In this document: positions 9,483-19,384 of the stretch, in pieces
Layout: every line of letters begins with the position of its first letter
Numbering within the stretch: the stretch's first letter is position 1
Translations under genes and position numbers: made by a program
Source: Bacillota bacterium
Lineage (GTDB): Bacteria; Bacillota; Limnochordia; Limnochordales; DUMU01
Direction of reading: 5' to 3'
DNA length: 64,000 nt
NCBI GenBank assembly: GCA_012839805.1
Contig: DUMU01000033.1
Span: forward strand, 309 to 64,308
The notes under the pieces: model-generated
The model's input: only the letters and a program-made list of their open reading frames with translations
The model's database searches: none
Told to the model about the DNA's origin: nothing

Positions 9483-9780
9483 GAAGCCATCCCTCCTGGT
9501 AAATGGAGTAACCGCGTGGTTCGGGCTTCCAGGGGGCACCGGGCCAAACCAACCCGCGCCACAGTGTGCCCGGCCGCCTCGGCCCGATCCCACCGGAACG
9601 TATAGTAACGTTCTTCCATGACACACCGATGGCGGAAGCATGAAGGAACTTTTAAAAAATCTGCTCGGCCCGGCAGGAATCTCCGCGGGGCCGTCGTATC
9701 ACTTAAATGACTTAAGTGAACTTAGGGCCGGCCGGATGGTCACCCGCAGGAGGAAGTTCATCCGGGGGAGGGAGAGAAAG

Positions 9781-10587
9781 GTGCCCGAGTGGGATCGGCC
9801 GCTTCCGCTCTATGTTCAGGTGAAGCAGGCGCTGGTCGAGCGGATTCAGGCCGGCGTATACGCGGTCGGGGAGAAGCTCCCCACCGAAGCGGAGCTGGCC
9901 AGGGAATTCGGGGTGAGCCCGGCGACGGTCAAGCAAACCATCAACGCGCTGGCCGCCGAGGGGATCGTGATTCGTCGCCCCAGCCAGGGAACGTTCGTGG
10001 CCGGTTTGAACCCGGAGCCGGGAGCGGTGCCTCTGCGCAGTTTCACCGAGGTAATGCGGGAGCGGGGGATTCCCATCAACACGCGGCTGCTCATCTCCGA
10101 GATTCGCCCGGCGGGAGCCAAGGTGGCCTGGCAGCTGGACACCGGCGCAGGTGAGCCGGTTCTCTACTTGCGTCGTTTACGTTCTGCCGGCGATAGGCCC
10201 CTCGCAATGGAAGAGACTTTCCTGCCGATCGACCTGCTTCCGGAGCTTGCCGAAGCCGGGAAAGCCGCCGAATTCGCTTCGTTAGCCGAGGGATCGCTCT
10301 ATCGCCTGCTCGAAGAGGGTTACGGTCTCGGGCTACTGGGGGCAGAGGAGACCATCTGGGCCGAAGCAGCAGGGGCTGATGAGGCCGCGGCGCTGGGTAT
10401 TGAGCCGGGAGCGCCGGTGCTCGTGGCGGAGCGGGTGACGGAGGTATCCGGGCACCGCCGGGGGTTTCTGAGTCGTACGGTTTTCCGTGCCGATGCCTAC
10501 CTCCTCAAGTTTCGCCTCAGCCGCTATGCCCGGAGGGAGACGAAAGAGACGAAAGGGGAGACGAGAGGGGGGTGGGGCGGCCGATGA
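9781..10587 (+). CDS. GntR-family transcriptional regulator, HutC/FarR subfamily (wHTH + UTRA effector domain)
   Basis: It has the typical GntR HTH sequence PLYVQVKQALVERIQAGVYAVGEKLPTEAELAREFGVSPATVKQTINALAAEGIVIRRPSQGTFV. GTG 9781 sits behind GGAGGGAGAGAAAG. Confidence 0.85.
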   Translation: MPEWDRPLPLYVQVKQALVERIQAGVYAVGEKLPTEAELAREFGVSPATVKQTINALAAEGIVIRRPSQGTFVAGLNPEPGAVPLRSFTEVMRERGIPINTRLLISEIRPAGAKVAWQLDTGAGEPVLYLRRLRSAGDRPLAMEETFLPIDLLPELAEAGKAAEFASLAEGSLYRLLEEGYGLGLLGAEETIWAEAAGADEAAALGIEPGAPVLVAERVTEVSGHRRGFLSRTVFRADAYLLKFRLSRYARRETKETKGETRGGWGGR

Positions 10588-11720
10588 CGACCGCACCGGA
10601 GACGGGGGGCCGGTGGGTGATGGGAATCGACAGCGGGGGCAGCAAGAGCATCGGCGTGCTCCTGCGGGAGGACGGATACCTCGGCGGAATCGGGTTCGGG
10701 GGCCCGGCCAACTTGTATTTCACCAGCGAAGAAGACGCGCAGACCGCGATCCGTCGAGTGGTGACCCAGGCGGTGGAGATGGCGCGCAAAAGGGGACTCC
10801 TGCCAAGCCCGGGCCAGTCGGCAGAGCCGGGCGGCCCGGCGGGCGGAGCGGCGCCGCTGGAGGTGGGGGCGCTCTACTTCTCCTCGCCCGGTTTACGTAT
10901 GGAGCCCGCGGTCGAGGCCCTTCGGGACTTGATCCGCTGTGGTCGGATCGTGCTCGAAGATGATGCTCCCGCGGCGTTTTGGGGAGCGTTGGCCGGTGGC
11001 GAAGGCGTGGTCGTGCTGGCCGGCACCGGTTCATTCGGATATGGCAGGCGAGGGGAGAAAACCGCCGTCAAGGGCGGCTGGGGCCCGCTCCTGGGCGATG
11101 AGGGCAGCGGGTACTGGATCGGCGTCCGAGCGCTCCAGGCCGTCATACGCAGCTACGAGGGGCGAGGTCCGGCTACTGCGCTCACCAAGCTCCTGAGGGA
11201 AACTCTTCCCTACCGGCTCGAAACGGAACTGCGGCGGATAGTCTACGGCCCGGATTTCACCCGCCACCGGCTGGCGGGGCTGGCCATGCTGGTGAGCGAG
11301 GCGGCCGCCGGCGGGGATGAAGTGGCGGCCGGAATCCTGGCGGCCGCCGGCCGGGAGCTCGCCCAGCTGGCGGTGGCAGTCGCGACTGAGCTCGGATGGG
11401 AAAGAGACGACCCGTTCCCGTTTTCCCTCACGGGAGGCGTGTCCAATGCCGGTCCCTGGCTCACCGAGGCCTTTTTCGCCACGGTTCAGGAGAGCTTTCC
11501 GGCTGCCCGGTGGAGACCGCCCCGGTACGCACCGTGCGTGGGAGCGGGGTTACGGGCACTCCAACTCCTCGGCGTTGAGATAACCCCTGCGCTCCTCAAT
11601 GAACTGGAGACCAGCCTGGCAGAGGGTCACCCGGCGTTCGCCCGCATGCTGCAGCCCGGGGACGGGGACAGGACCAACACGGGGGAGACGAGGGAGGTGC
11701 AGCGACGTGTGGCGGGATGA
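10584..11720 (+). CDS. BadF/BadG/BcrA/BcrD-type ATPase (N-acetylglucosamine-kinase-like sugar kinase)
   Basis: Motifs MGIDSGGSKS, LAGTGSFGYG and GWGPLLGDEGSGYWIG are present. An ATGA overlap links it to the GntR stop. Confidence 0.8.
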   Translation: MTTAPETGGRWVMGIDSGGSKSIGVLLREDGYLGGIGFGGPANLYFTSEEDAQTAIRRVVTQAVEMARKRGLLPSPGQSAEPGGPAGGAAPLEVGALYFSSPGLRMEPAVEALRDLIRCGRIVLEDDAPAAFWGALAGGEGVVVLAGTGSFGYGRRGEKTAVKGGWGPLLGDEGSGYWIGVRALQAVIRSYEGRGPATALTKLLRETLPYRLETELRRIVYGPDFTRHRLAGLAMLVSEAAAGGDEVAAGILAAAGRELAQLAVAVATELGWERDDPFPFSLTGGVSNAGPWLTEAFFATVQESFPAARWRPPRYAPCVGAGLRALQLLGVEITPALLNELETSLAEGHPAFARMLQPGDGDRTNTGETREVQRRVAG

Positions 11721-12558
11721 TAACCCGAAGGAGACCGGCGCCGGCCCGGAGGAGGAGCTCCACCTTCAGGAAGCATGGTATCGCGGCCTTGATCAAGTCC
11801 TGGCCAGGATCCGAACCACCCAACGGATGGCCCTTGCTCAGGCGGCGGACCGGATCGTCACTACGGTAACGAACGGAGGGCTTTGCCACCTTTACGACAC
11901 CGGCCACATGCTGATGCACGAGCTGGTCGGCCGGGCCGGTGGCCTGCTCCTCTTCACGCCGATTTACGTCGATCTATCGCTTCGCCATCCGGCCCGTTTC
12001 CGCCCGCCGGCCAACCCCGGGCCTGCCGGGCCCCAAGCGGAGGGCGCCGGGCCGCCCGGCATCCCGGCGCGGCCACGCCGTCGCGTGCACCTCGACGAGA
12101 TCCCGGGAATGGCCGAGTACATCCTTTCGGCCGCCGATTGCCGTCCCGGCGACGTGCTGATCCTCGGTTCGGTCTCAGGGGCAAGCTTACTAGCCGTGGA
12201 GTTGGCCCTCGAGGCGAAACTGCAGGGACTTTTCGTGATTGGCCTGACCTCGGTTGCCGCCTCGCAGGCGGCCGAGGCTCGTCACCCCTCGGGCAAGCGC
12301 CTTTACGAGGTGGTCGACCTGGTCCTGGACCACCAAACGCCGCCTGGCGACGCGCTCGTCCCGGTGGACGCGGTGGCACCCGTTTGCCCGGCCTCGGGCA
12401 TCGCCGCCGCCTATCTCATGTGGGCGCTGACGGCGGAGATCACCGCCCGTTTGCTCAAGCAAGGGCGGATACCAAGTGTGCTGATGAGCAACCACCTGCC
12501 CGGGGCCGGTGAGCACAATCGCCAGGCCCGGGAGCGTTACCAGGAGCAGGGTTACTGA
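11707..12558 (+). CDS. SIS (sugar isomerase) domain protein, UPF0309-like
   Basis: SIS-like core VLILGSVSGASLLAVELALEAKLQGLFVIGLTS. GTG 11707 lies behind GGGAGGTG and overlaps the upstream stop. A Pro/Gly/Ala-rich insert is present. Confidence 0.7.
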   Translation: MWRDDNPKETGAGPEEELHLQEAWYRGLDQVLARIRTTQRMALAQAADRIVTTVTNGGLCHLYDTGHMLMHELVGRAGGLLLFTPIYVDLSLRHPARFRPPANPGPAGPQAEGAGPPGIPARPRRRVHLDEIPGMAEYILSAADCRPGDVLILGSVSGASLLAVELALEAKLQGLFVIGLTSVAASQAAEARHPSGKRLYEVVDLVLDHQTPPGDALVPVDAVAPVCPASGIAAAYLMWALTAEITARLLKQGRIPSVLMSNHLPGAGEHNRQARERYQEQGY

Positions 12559-12579
12559 GATGAAGGGGGTGAGCGGGTG

Positions 12580-15069
12580 ATGCGGTGGGAAACCCGAAGG
12601 GGAGACGCCGGGGGCACGGTTCTCCTTCTCGATTCCACGGATGGGAGTCTGCGGGGTTTAGGGGAGAGCAGCACCGGTCGCTGGTATGTCAACGGTCAAG
12701 CCGGTGAACCCGCGGACCGGGAACCCGGCCGGCCTTACCCTTGGTTCGAGCTAGTTGCCCTCGATCCGGCCCACCGCCGGTACTCGCTGCCGAGCGGGCC
12801 GGTAACCGGCGTCAGGAAGGACGGCGGGACGCTATGGCTCGACTTCGCCCCCGTCGCCGGTATCCGGGCGGCGGTCGAGATCGCGCCGGGGCCGGGGGGC
12901 GGCCAGGCCGGTGCCGGCGAGCCCGGTAAACCGCCGGAGCTGGCCGGCGGCGCCGGCGATCCGCCGGCGGGCGCCGGGCCCGGGCAACCGGGTTGGCCGC
13001 CGGGTAGCAGCCTCTGGCGGCTACACCTGGCGAACCAGAGCCAGGACCTCACCGTGGTCGAGATCCTCTTCCCGTGCCTGCGGGGAATAGACCCTGAGCC
13101 GATCGTGCTACCGGACGTGCTCATCTTTCCGCATCACGCCGGCGAAAGAACCGCCGACCCCCGTACCGCGTATCGCAGTGCGCGCTATCTCAGTTTTGGG
13201 CGAGCGGCCACCATCCGGGAAAACGAAGACTTTTACGTTCGTGAGATCACCTACTGCGGCCTGGCTTCCATGATGTGGCTCGACTACTACGACGGCCTGG
13301 GCGGCCTCTACCTTGCCAGCTACGATCCCGGCTTTTTGCTGACCGGGCTCCGAGTCGAGGTGAAGCGGGCCGCAACCGATCGGGGAACGGAATCACCCGC
13401 CGGGGCGGGAACCCGGTCGGGAAGCAGGTGGAGGCTCGGGTTCGGCTTGCGCAAGTACGTTCCCATCTCGCCCGGTGAAAGCTGGGAGAGTCCCCCGGCT
13501 GTCGTTTGGGCCCATCCCGGCGATTGGCACGCCGCGGCCCGGCAGTACCGGGAATGGTTTGACCGGCATGGCCGGCCCAGTTATGATCCCATCCCCGAAG
13601 ACATGCGGGCCGAAGCGGTAGTTACCCCCTGGTACGACCTGCGGCGGGCGGAGGGAGTCCTGCATCGCTTTGGTGAACTGCCTTCCATTTACGACGAGGT
13701 CGCTGCTTCCCGGTGGGGATCACGCCACCTCTTCCTGGCCGGCTGGAACCGGGGCGGCTTCGACTCGCAGTACCCGGAATACCATCCGGATCTCGAACTG
13801 GGTTCACCGGTGGATTTGCGCCGGGTGGTGGAGCACGTGGAAGGGCAGGGCGGGATGGTGACCTTCTACATCAATAGCCGCCTCTTCGACCGCAGTTCGT
13901 TCTACCACTCCACACTGGGTAAGGAGTGGGCGATCCGTTCCGAGACGGGTGAACGGTACACCGAGACCTACGGGCCGGTCACTTTCGATGTCTGCTGCCC
14001 GGCTCATGCCGGCTGGCAAAAGCACCTTGCCGACTTCGCCGAATGGATGGTGGCGGCCTACGGAGCGCGGGGCATCTACCTCGACCAGCTGGGTTCAGCC
14101 ACTCCCTTCCCCTGCTACGCTGAGAACCATTCTCATCGCGGTGACCCTCCGTTTCACCGTGAGGCGGCCAACCATGCACAGCAGCCGGGGGAGATCATTC
14201 ACCAGACCGCTCATCAGGCTGCCCGTCAGATTGTCCATCATGGTCTTTACAACTTGGGATACATTGGCCTCCTCGACGAAGTGACGCGTAGACTCAAGAA
14301 ATACCGGGCGGATGCCTTCCTGATGATTGAGAACTGCGGTGACCTCTATAGCTCCCGGGTCTGGGGGAGTCTCGCCTGGAACGGAACGCTCTATGACGAA
14401 TTCTTCCGCCTCTTCAAGTATACCTTCCCCGATTGCACGCTGGTGCAGATGATCCAGCCGCGGGCGGCGCTCGCACCGGAGCAAAAGCTCGGGCAGTTTC
14501 GAGCGGATCTGGACCGGGCATGGCTCCTGGGTAGTGTGTTTTGGATCCATCCGCCCCGGGTGGAACGGCCGGCGGGCATGCGGGCCGAGGAGGCCGAGAT
14601 GGTGGTCGCCGAGGCCAAGGCGCTCCTGCGCTTGCGCCAGGAGGTAGCACCGCTCCTGGCCCGGGCCCGGTTCGTCGACACCGACGACCTGGTTTGGGAG
14701 GAGGCCGGCGAGGAGCGGCCCGAGGGAGCGCCGGACGCGGGCGAGTTCGCCAGCCACTGGGTTTTGACCCGGGAAGGAGCAGGAGGAAGCAGGAACCCGG
14801 GGGAGACAGGCGAGCATCTGGTGCTTCTGGTCCGGGGTGGGGCCGGCTGCCGGGACCTCGGGCGCCTCATGCCCGCACTGCGATTGCGGGTCGGTGACCG
14901 GCGATCGGGCGGAGAACGCTGGCGATGGCGATGCTACAGCGCGAGCCCGGGCGAGGACGAGATCAAGGTGGAGGAAGGCGTGGCAGTAACGGCCGGCGAC
15001 GGCACGTTACCGCTTGGGCAGCCCGCAGGATGCTGGCAGGCCTGGCACTGGGTAAAGGAAGGAGCGTGA
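12580..15069 (+). CDS. large hypothetical protein, glycoside-hydrolase-like (TIM-barrel suspected, DUF6259-like; family not resolved)
   Basis: The 830-aa ORF sits inside the sugar operon. Segments such as GWNRGGFDSQYPEY, YINSRLFD and IYLDQLGSATPFPCYAENHSH resemble GH-like barrels. It also carries a G/P/A low-complexity insert. Confidence 0.5.
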   Translation: MRWETRRGDAGGTVLLLDSTDGSLRGLGESSTGRWYVNGQAGEPADREPGRPYPWFELVALDPAHRRYSLPSGPVTGVRKDGGTLWLDFAPVAGIRAAVEIAPGPGGGQAGAGEPGKPPELAGGAGDPPAGAGPGQPGWPPGSSLWRLHLANQSQDLTVVEILFPCLRGIDPEPIVLPDVLIFPHHAGERTADPRTAYRSARYLSFGRAATIRENEDFYVREITYCGLASMMWLDYYDGLGGLYLASYDPGFLLTGLRVEVKRAATDRGTESPAGAGTRSGSRWRLGFGLRKYVPISPGESWESPPAVVWAHPGDWHAAARQYREWFDRHGRPSYDPIPEDMRAEAVVTPWYDLRRAEGVLHRFGELPSIYDEVAASRWGSRHLFLAGWNRGGFDSQYPEYHPDLELGSPVDLRRVVEHVEGQGGMVTFYINSRLFDRSSFYHSTLGKEWAIRSETGERYTETYGPVTFDVCCPAHAGWQKHLADFAEWMVAAYGARGIYLDQLGSATPFPCYAENHSHRGDPPFHREAANHAQQPGEIIHQTAHQAARQIVHHGLYNLGYIGLLDEVTRRLKKYRADAFLMIENCGDLYSSRVWGSLAWNGTLYDEFFRLFKYTFPDCTLVQMIQPRAALAPEQKLGQFRADLDRAWLLGSVFWIHPPRVERPAGMRAEEAEMVVAEAKALLRLRQEVAPLLARARFVDTDDLVWEEAGEERPEGAPDAGEFASHWVLTREGAGGSRNPGETGEHLVLLVRGGAGCRDLGRLMPALRLRVGDRRSGGERWRWRCYSASPGEDEIKVEEGVAVTAGDGTLPLGQPAGCWQAWHWVKEGA

Positions 15070-15110
15070 CGGCGGTGAGTCTGGTGGGCCAAAAGCTGGT
15101 GGGTCAGCAG

Positions 15111-16025
15111 ATGGAAAGGGCGGTGCGACCGCGGCGCTCGAGCCTGGCCCGCCGGGAAGCCTGGGAGGGATACCTCTTCATCTCACCCTGGATAGTCGGT
15201 TTCCTGGTTTTCGTGGCCGGTCCGATGATAGCTTCTATCGCTCTGGCCTTCACGGAGTGGAACCTTTTGAGTCCACCCAGGTGGGTAGGACTGGCCAACT
15301 TCCAGGCCCTCTTCACCGACCCCCTCTTCTGGCAGGCCCTCAAGGTGACGGCCATCTATGCCGCGGTGGCGGTTCCCCTCGACCTCTTTGCCGCACTGCT
15401 CCTGGCTAGCCTGCTAAACCAGAAGCTGCGGGGGATCGGGGCGTACCGTACCATTTTCTATTTGCCGACGATCTTGCCCGGGGTAGTAACGGCGGTCGTC
15501 TGGCGCTGGATCTTCAATCCCGAAATCGGCCTCATCAATAACCTCCTGGCCCTTTTCCGGATACCGGGGCCCCTCTGGCTGATGTCGCCCGCCTGGGCTT
15601 TGCCCGCGCTGATCATAATGAGCCTGTGGACGATCGGCACTGCCACCGTCATCTTCCTCGGAGGCCTGCAAGGGGTTCCCGCCGAGCTCCACGAAGCGGC
15701 GGCCATCGATGGAGCCGGCCCCTGGCGACGCTTCTGGCGCATTACCGTGCCCCTCGTCTCCCCCAGCATCTTCTTCAACTTGATTACGGGGATGATCGGC
15801 GCGTTCCAGGTCTTTACCCTCCCTTACATCATGACGGGAGGCGGGCCGCAGAACGCCACTCTGTTTTATGTCCTCTACTTGTACGAGAATGCCTTCACCT
15901 ACGGGAAGATGGGGTATGCCAGCGCCATGGCCTGGGTTCTGTTCGTGATCATTGTGGTGTTGACGGTGATACAATTCCGGCTCTCTCGTCGCTGGGTGTA
16001 CTACGCCGGAGGTGAGGCAGCATGA
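15111..16025 (+). CDS. carbohydrate ABC transporter permease (CUT1, MalF/UgpA-like)
   Basis: Multi-TM protein with an EAA-type loop (LHEAAAIDGAGPWRRFWRITVPL). An alternative GTG start at 15066 overlaps the upstream stop. Confidence 0.85.
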   Translation: MERAVRPRRSSLARREAWEGYLFISPWIVGFLVFVAGPMIASIALAFTEWNLLSPPRWVGLANFQALFTDPLFWQALKVTAIYAAVAVPLDLFAALLLASLLNQKLRGIGAYRTIFYLPTILPGVVTAVVWRWIFNPEIGLINNLLALFRIPGPLWLMSPAWALPALIIMSLWTIGTATVIFLGGLQGVPAELHEAAAIDGAGPWRRFWRITVPLVSPSIFFNLITGMIGAFQVFTLPYIMTGGGPQNATLFYVLYLYENAFTYGKMGYASAMAWVLFVIIVVLTVIQFRLSRRWVYYAGGEAA

Positions 16026-16915
16026 ACGCTACCTTCGTCACGCCCCGGGCAAAGATACGGTCGCTCAGCTGGTGGACCAGGGTTTCCAGGTATCTTCCGG
16101 GTCTCGGAGCTCACCTGGTCTTGATGCTCGGCTCCCTCGTGGTCCTCGCTCCGGTAGCGTGGATGGTATCCATGTCCCTCAAGGACGTGAACCACCTCTT
16201 CGACTTTCCTCCCCAATGGATTCCGAACCCGATCCGCTGGGACAACTACGTACGGGCGCTCACCGCGATGCCGTTTTGGCGGTACGCGCTCAACACCATC
16301 TTCGTAACGGCAATGAGCATGATCGGTTCCGTTGGGTCGTCTCTCGTGATCGCCTATGGTTTTGCCCGCTTGCGCTTTCCCGGTCGAGACCAGCTTTTCC
16401 TCCTCGTGTTGGCAACCATGATGCTGCCATTTCAGGTCACTATGGTTCCAACGTTCATCCTTTTCCGGTATCTTCGCTGGGTAGATACCTTTCTGCCCCT
16501 ATTCGTTCCGCTCTTCTTCGGACGGGCCTTCTTCATCTTTCTCCTGCGGCAGTTCTTCCTGAGCGTTCCGAAAGAGCTGGATGAGGCGGCACGGATCGAC
16601 GGGTGTTCATCGTGGGGTATCTTGACCAGAATTCTGGTTCCCCAGGTGAAGCCGGCACTGGCGGCGCTCGCGATCTTCTCGTTCATATGGGCGTGGGACG
16701 ACTTCATGCATCCCCTCATCTACATCAACTCATCGGCCAAGTGGACGCTCACGCTGGCCTTGAACGGCTTCCAGTCGCCGCTCGAGCCCGGCGCGCCCGT
16801 GATTCACTTAATGATGGCTGCTTCCGTCGTCGTCGCCCTGCCGCCGGTGCTGGTCTTCTTCTTCGCCCAGCGTTACTTCATCCAGGGGGTGGTAGTCAGC
16901 GGGATCAAGGGTTAG
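16022..16915 (+). CDS. carbohydrate ABC transporter permease (CUT1, MalG/UgpE-like)
   Basis: EAA loop LDEAARIDGCSSWGILTRILVPQ. Six TM segments. A 4-nt overlap links it to the upstream permease. Confidence 0.9.
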   Translation: MNATFVTPRAKIRSLSWWTRVSRYLPGLGAHLVLMLGSLVVLAPVAWMVSMSLKDVNHLFDFPPQWIPNPIRWDNYVRALTAMPFWRYALNTIFVTAMSMIGSVGSSLVIAYGFARLRFPGRDQLFLLVLATMMLPFQVTMVPTFILFRYLRWVDTFLPLFVPLFFGRAFFIFLLRQFFLSVPKELDEAARIDGCSSWGILTRILVPQVKPALAALAIFSFIWAWDDFMHPLIYINSSAKWTLTLALNGFQSPLEPGAPVIHLMMAASVVVALPPVLVFFFAQRYFIQGVVVSGIKG

Positions 16916-16999
16916 GAAAGGTTAGTTGATAGTCGGAGTTTATGGGCGGTGAATGGGTGCGCGCTTAGAACAGATCTGGAGGAAAAGGAGGCTTTCCCA

Positions 17000-18274
17000 A
17001 TGAAGAGACTCGTGAGGATTTCCGCCATCGTGGCTGGCCTGGCTGTGTTGTGGCTCTTTGTTCTTGGAATGAATGCTCAGGCAGTGACCACGATAAAGTT
17101 CACGTACTGGGGTAGTCCCGAGTACGATGCTGCCATCCGGTCATTGATCAAGACGTTTGAGGAAGAGAACCCCGACATCAAAGTCGAGCCCATCCTGATC
17201 CCGAGCAAGTACTACGACAAACTGCAAACCATGATCGCCGGCGGTGACGCCCCCGACGTTGCTATGCTCGCTTTCGACCGGGTGCCACAGTTCGTGAGCG
17301 CCGGGGCGCTGCAACCCATTGACCAATACGTAGCCAAGACTGGTTATCCACTGAAAGACCTCTTCCCGGCCGTTCTCAATACGTTCACGTACGAAGGGAA
17401 ACTCTACGGGCTACCCCGGAGCTTTTCACCCTTCGTTCTCTTTTATAACGTCGACCTCTTTAAGCAGGCAGGCATTGCCCGTTCCGACAACTGGAAGTGG
17501 GCCGATTTCCGGGAGGCGGCGATCAAGCTGACTCCCATGCCCGGCCGGCCGCCCTTCGGGTTCGCCGCGCACTACGAGGCGGATGGCAGGCTGTTCCCGG
17601 AGTGGTTCTTCCCGTTCATCTGGCAAAACGGCGGTGATGTGATCGACCCGAAGACGCTACGTTCTCGACTCCTCGAACCGGCCACGAAGGAAGCGATCGC
17701 TTTCTACGTGAACTTGATCCACAAAGACAAGGTTGCCCCCACCTCCGTGCAGGGCCAGACTTACGGCGGATCACCGGCCATGTTCCTCAACCGTCGCGCG
17801 GCGATGATCATCGACGCCTACAACATGGTGCTTTCCGCCCGTACCCAGGAAGAACTCAAGTTCGACGTCATGCGCCTGCCGTACCAGAAGGAGCGGGCAA
17901 CGGTGGTCTTCCCCATCGGCTACGTGATTCCGAAACTGGCACGCCATCCGGAAGAGGCTTTTACCTTCCTCGCCTTCCTTGGAGGACCGAAGGGGCAGAG
18001 CATTGTCCCGCAGCTCGGACTGGGCATGCCGGGGCTCCGGTCCATTGCCGAAAGCGACCTCTTCCTGCAGCCGGGCAAGCAGCCTGAACACAGCCGGGTC
18101 TTCTTGCTGGAGACCGAGGTAGCAAGACCTTTGCCGGCCACGCTGCCCAAGTTCCAGGAATGGTATGCAGCCTGGCGCCAGCAACTCGAACCGGTCCTGG
18201 CCGGGACGGAGAGCCTGGACACGGCGCTGGTCCGTGCCGACCAGGAGATCAACCGGATTCTGGCCAGCAAGTAG
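17000..18274 (+). CDS. ABC-transporter extracellular solute-binding protein (family 1, sugar)
   Basis: ATG 17000 lies behind GGAAAAGGAGG. There is a signal peptide (MKRLVRISAIVAGLAVLWLFVLGMNAQA). The sequence is SBP_bac_1-like. Confidence 0.85.
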   Translation: MKRLVRISAIVAGLAVLWLFVLGMNAQAVTTIKFTYWGSPEYDAAIRSLIKTFEEENPDIKVEPILIPSKYYDKLQTMIAGGDAPDVAMLAFDRVPQFVSAGALQPIDQYVAKTGYPLKDLFPAVLNTFTYEGKLYGLPRSFSPFVLFYNVDLFKQAGIARSDNWKWADFREAAIKLTPMPGRPPFGFAAHYEADGRLFPEWFFPFIWQNGGDVIDPKTLRSRLLEPATKEAIAFYVNLIHKDKVAPTSVQGQTYGGSPAMFLNRRAAMIIDAYNMVLSARTQEELKFDVMRLPYQKERATVVFPIGYVIPKLARHPEEAFTFLAFLGGPKGQSIVPQLGLGMPGLRSIAESDLFLQPGKQPEHSRVFLLETEVARPLPATLPKFQEWYAAWRQQLEPVLAGTESLDTALVRADQEINRILASK

Positions 18275-18323
18275 CCGGCAAGTAGCCGACCAGGTCAGAT
18301 GTTCCTTCGAGACTCGACGCGCA

Positions 18324-18354
18324 CCGCCCGGCGGTCCTACGCCGGGCGGTTTCT
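18324..18354 (+). terminator. Rho-independent terminator after the sugar operon
   Basis: Perfect 10-bp stem CCGCCCGGCG / CGCCGGGCGG with a 6-nt loop, followed by TTTCT. Confidence 0.6.
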
Positions 18355-18404
18355 ATACCCCGGGCATGGGCAGTGCTGGGGCCCGGATCAAGAGGCGACG
18401 TAGC

Positions 18405-19238
18405 TCACGCCAACCCCTTCAACAAGAAACCGACCAGATACGCCACCCCTGCTGCCAGAGAGCCAACGCCCAGCATTTCGAGCCCGGTCCTCCACCAGGG
18501 CCGGTGGGTGACGACCGAACGGGCGGCGCCGACCCCGAACATGGTCGCCAGGGTGACGGCAGAAGCGACGCCAAAGGTGTGGCCGGCCAGTCCGGGCACC
18601 CGGGCCGCCAGGAGGTATCCCGCGAGCGGGATGGCCCCGCCGAGGAGGAAGGCCCAAAAGGTCGTAAGTGCCGCCCGCAGTGGATCTTTGCGCTCCTCAA
18701 TGATGCCGAGCTCCTCGCGCATCATGGTGGAAATCCAACGTTCACGGTCGGAGGTAATGATCTCCACGGCCTTCTCAAGATCCTGGCCCTGGAAACCCTT
18801 GGCGGCGTAAATCTCACGTATCTCTGCCCGCTCGCCTTCCGGGAAATGCTCGATTTCCCAGGCCTCCCGTTCCCGTTCCTGGCGCTGGTAGTCCTGCTCG
18901 GAGCGGTTGCTCAGGTAGGCGCCGGCGGCCATGGAAAAACCGTCGCCGAAAAGGTTGGCAAGTCCCATGATCAGTACGACCACCGGGGAGAGATTCGCCC
19001 CGGCCACGCCTGCGACCACGGCGAAGGTGGTAACGATGCCGTCCGACGCGCCGTACACCGCATCACTCAGGTACTTGCCTCGCTCCTCTTCATGTTCCTC
19101 CGGAGCAGAAGCTGCTAGTGCTAGGATCATGTCTGGCGTATGAACCGCCTGCGAGGCGGCCACATCCTTTCTCCGATAAGCCTCCCTGGCTTTCCGCAAG
19201 CGGGACAACCGTACCATCCTCCCCACACCTGAGTTCAT
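18405..19238 (-). CDS. VIT1/CCC1-family iron/manganese transporter
   Basis: Motifs SDAVYGASDGIVTTFAVVAGVAGA and the central acidic EREREAWEIE...ERAEIREIY region are present, plus C-terminal TM helices. Confidence 0.8.
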   Translation of the reverse strand: MNSGVGRMVRLSRLRKAREAYRRKDVAASQAVHTPDMILALAASAPEEHEEERGKYLSDAVYGASDGIVTTFAVVAGVAGANLSPVVVLIMGLANLFGDGFSMAAGAYLSNRSEQDYQRQEREREAWEIEHFPEGERAEIREIYAAKGFQGQDLEKAVEIITSDRERWISTMMREELGIIEERKDPLRAALTTFWAFLLGGAIPLAGYLLAARVPGLAGHTFGVASAVTLATMFGVGAARSVVTHRPWWRTGLEMLGVGSLAAGVAYLVGFLLKGLA

Positions 19239-19384
19239 CCAGCGCCCGTCCTACTTCGCTTTCCCGGTGCTGCTCCCTGCTTTGCACTCTTACCGAAGTA
19301 TGCCGGCGGGAGATGCTAGTCGCGTGTACGGTTCCCCCCACGGCTTGTCGTCTGCAGGCGATGGCGTAAAATCACGAGGGACGT

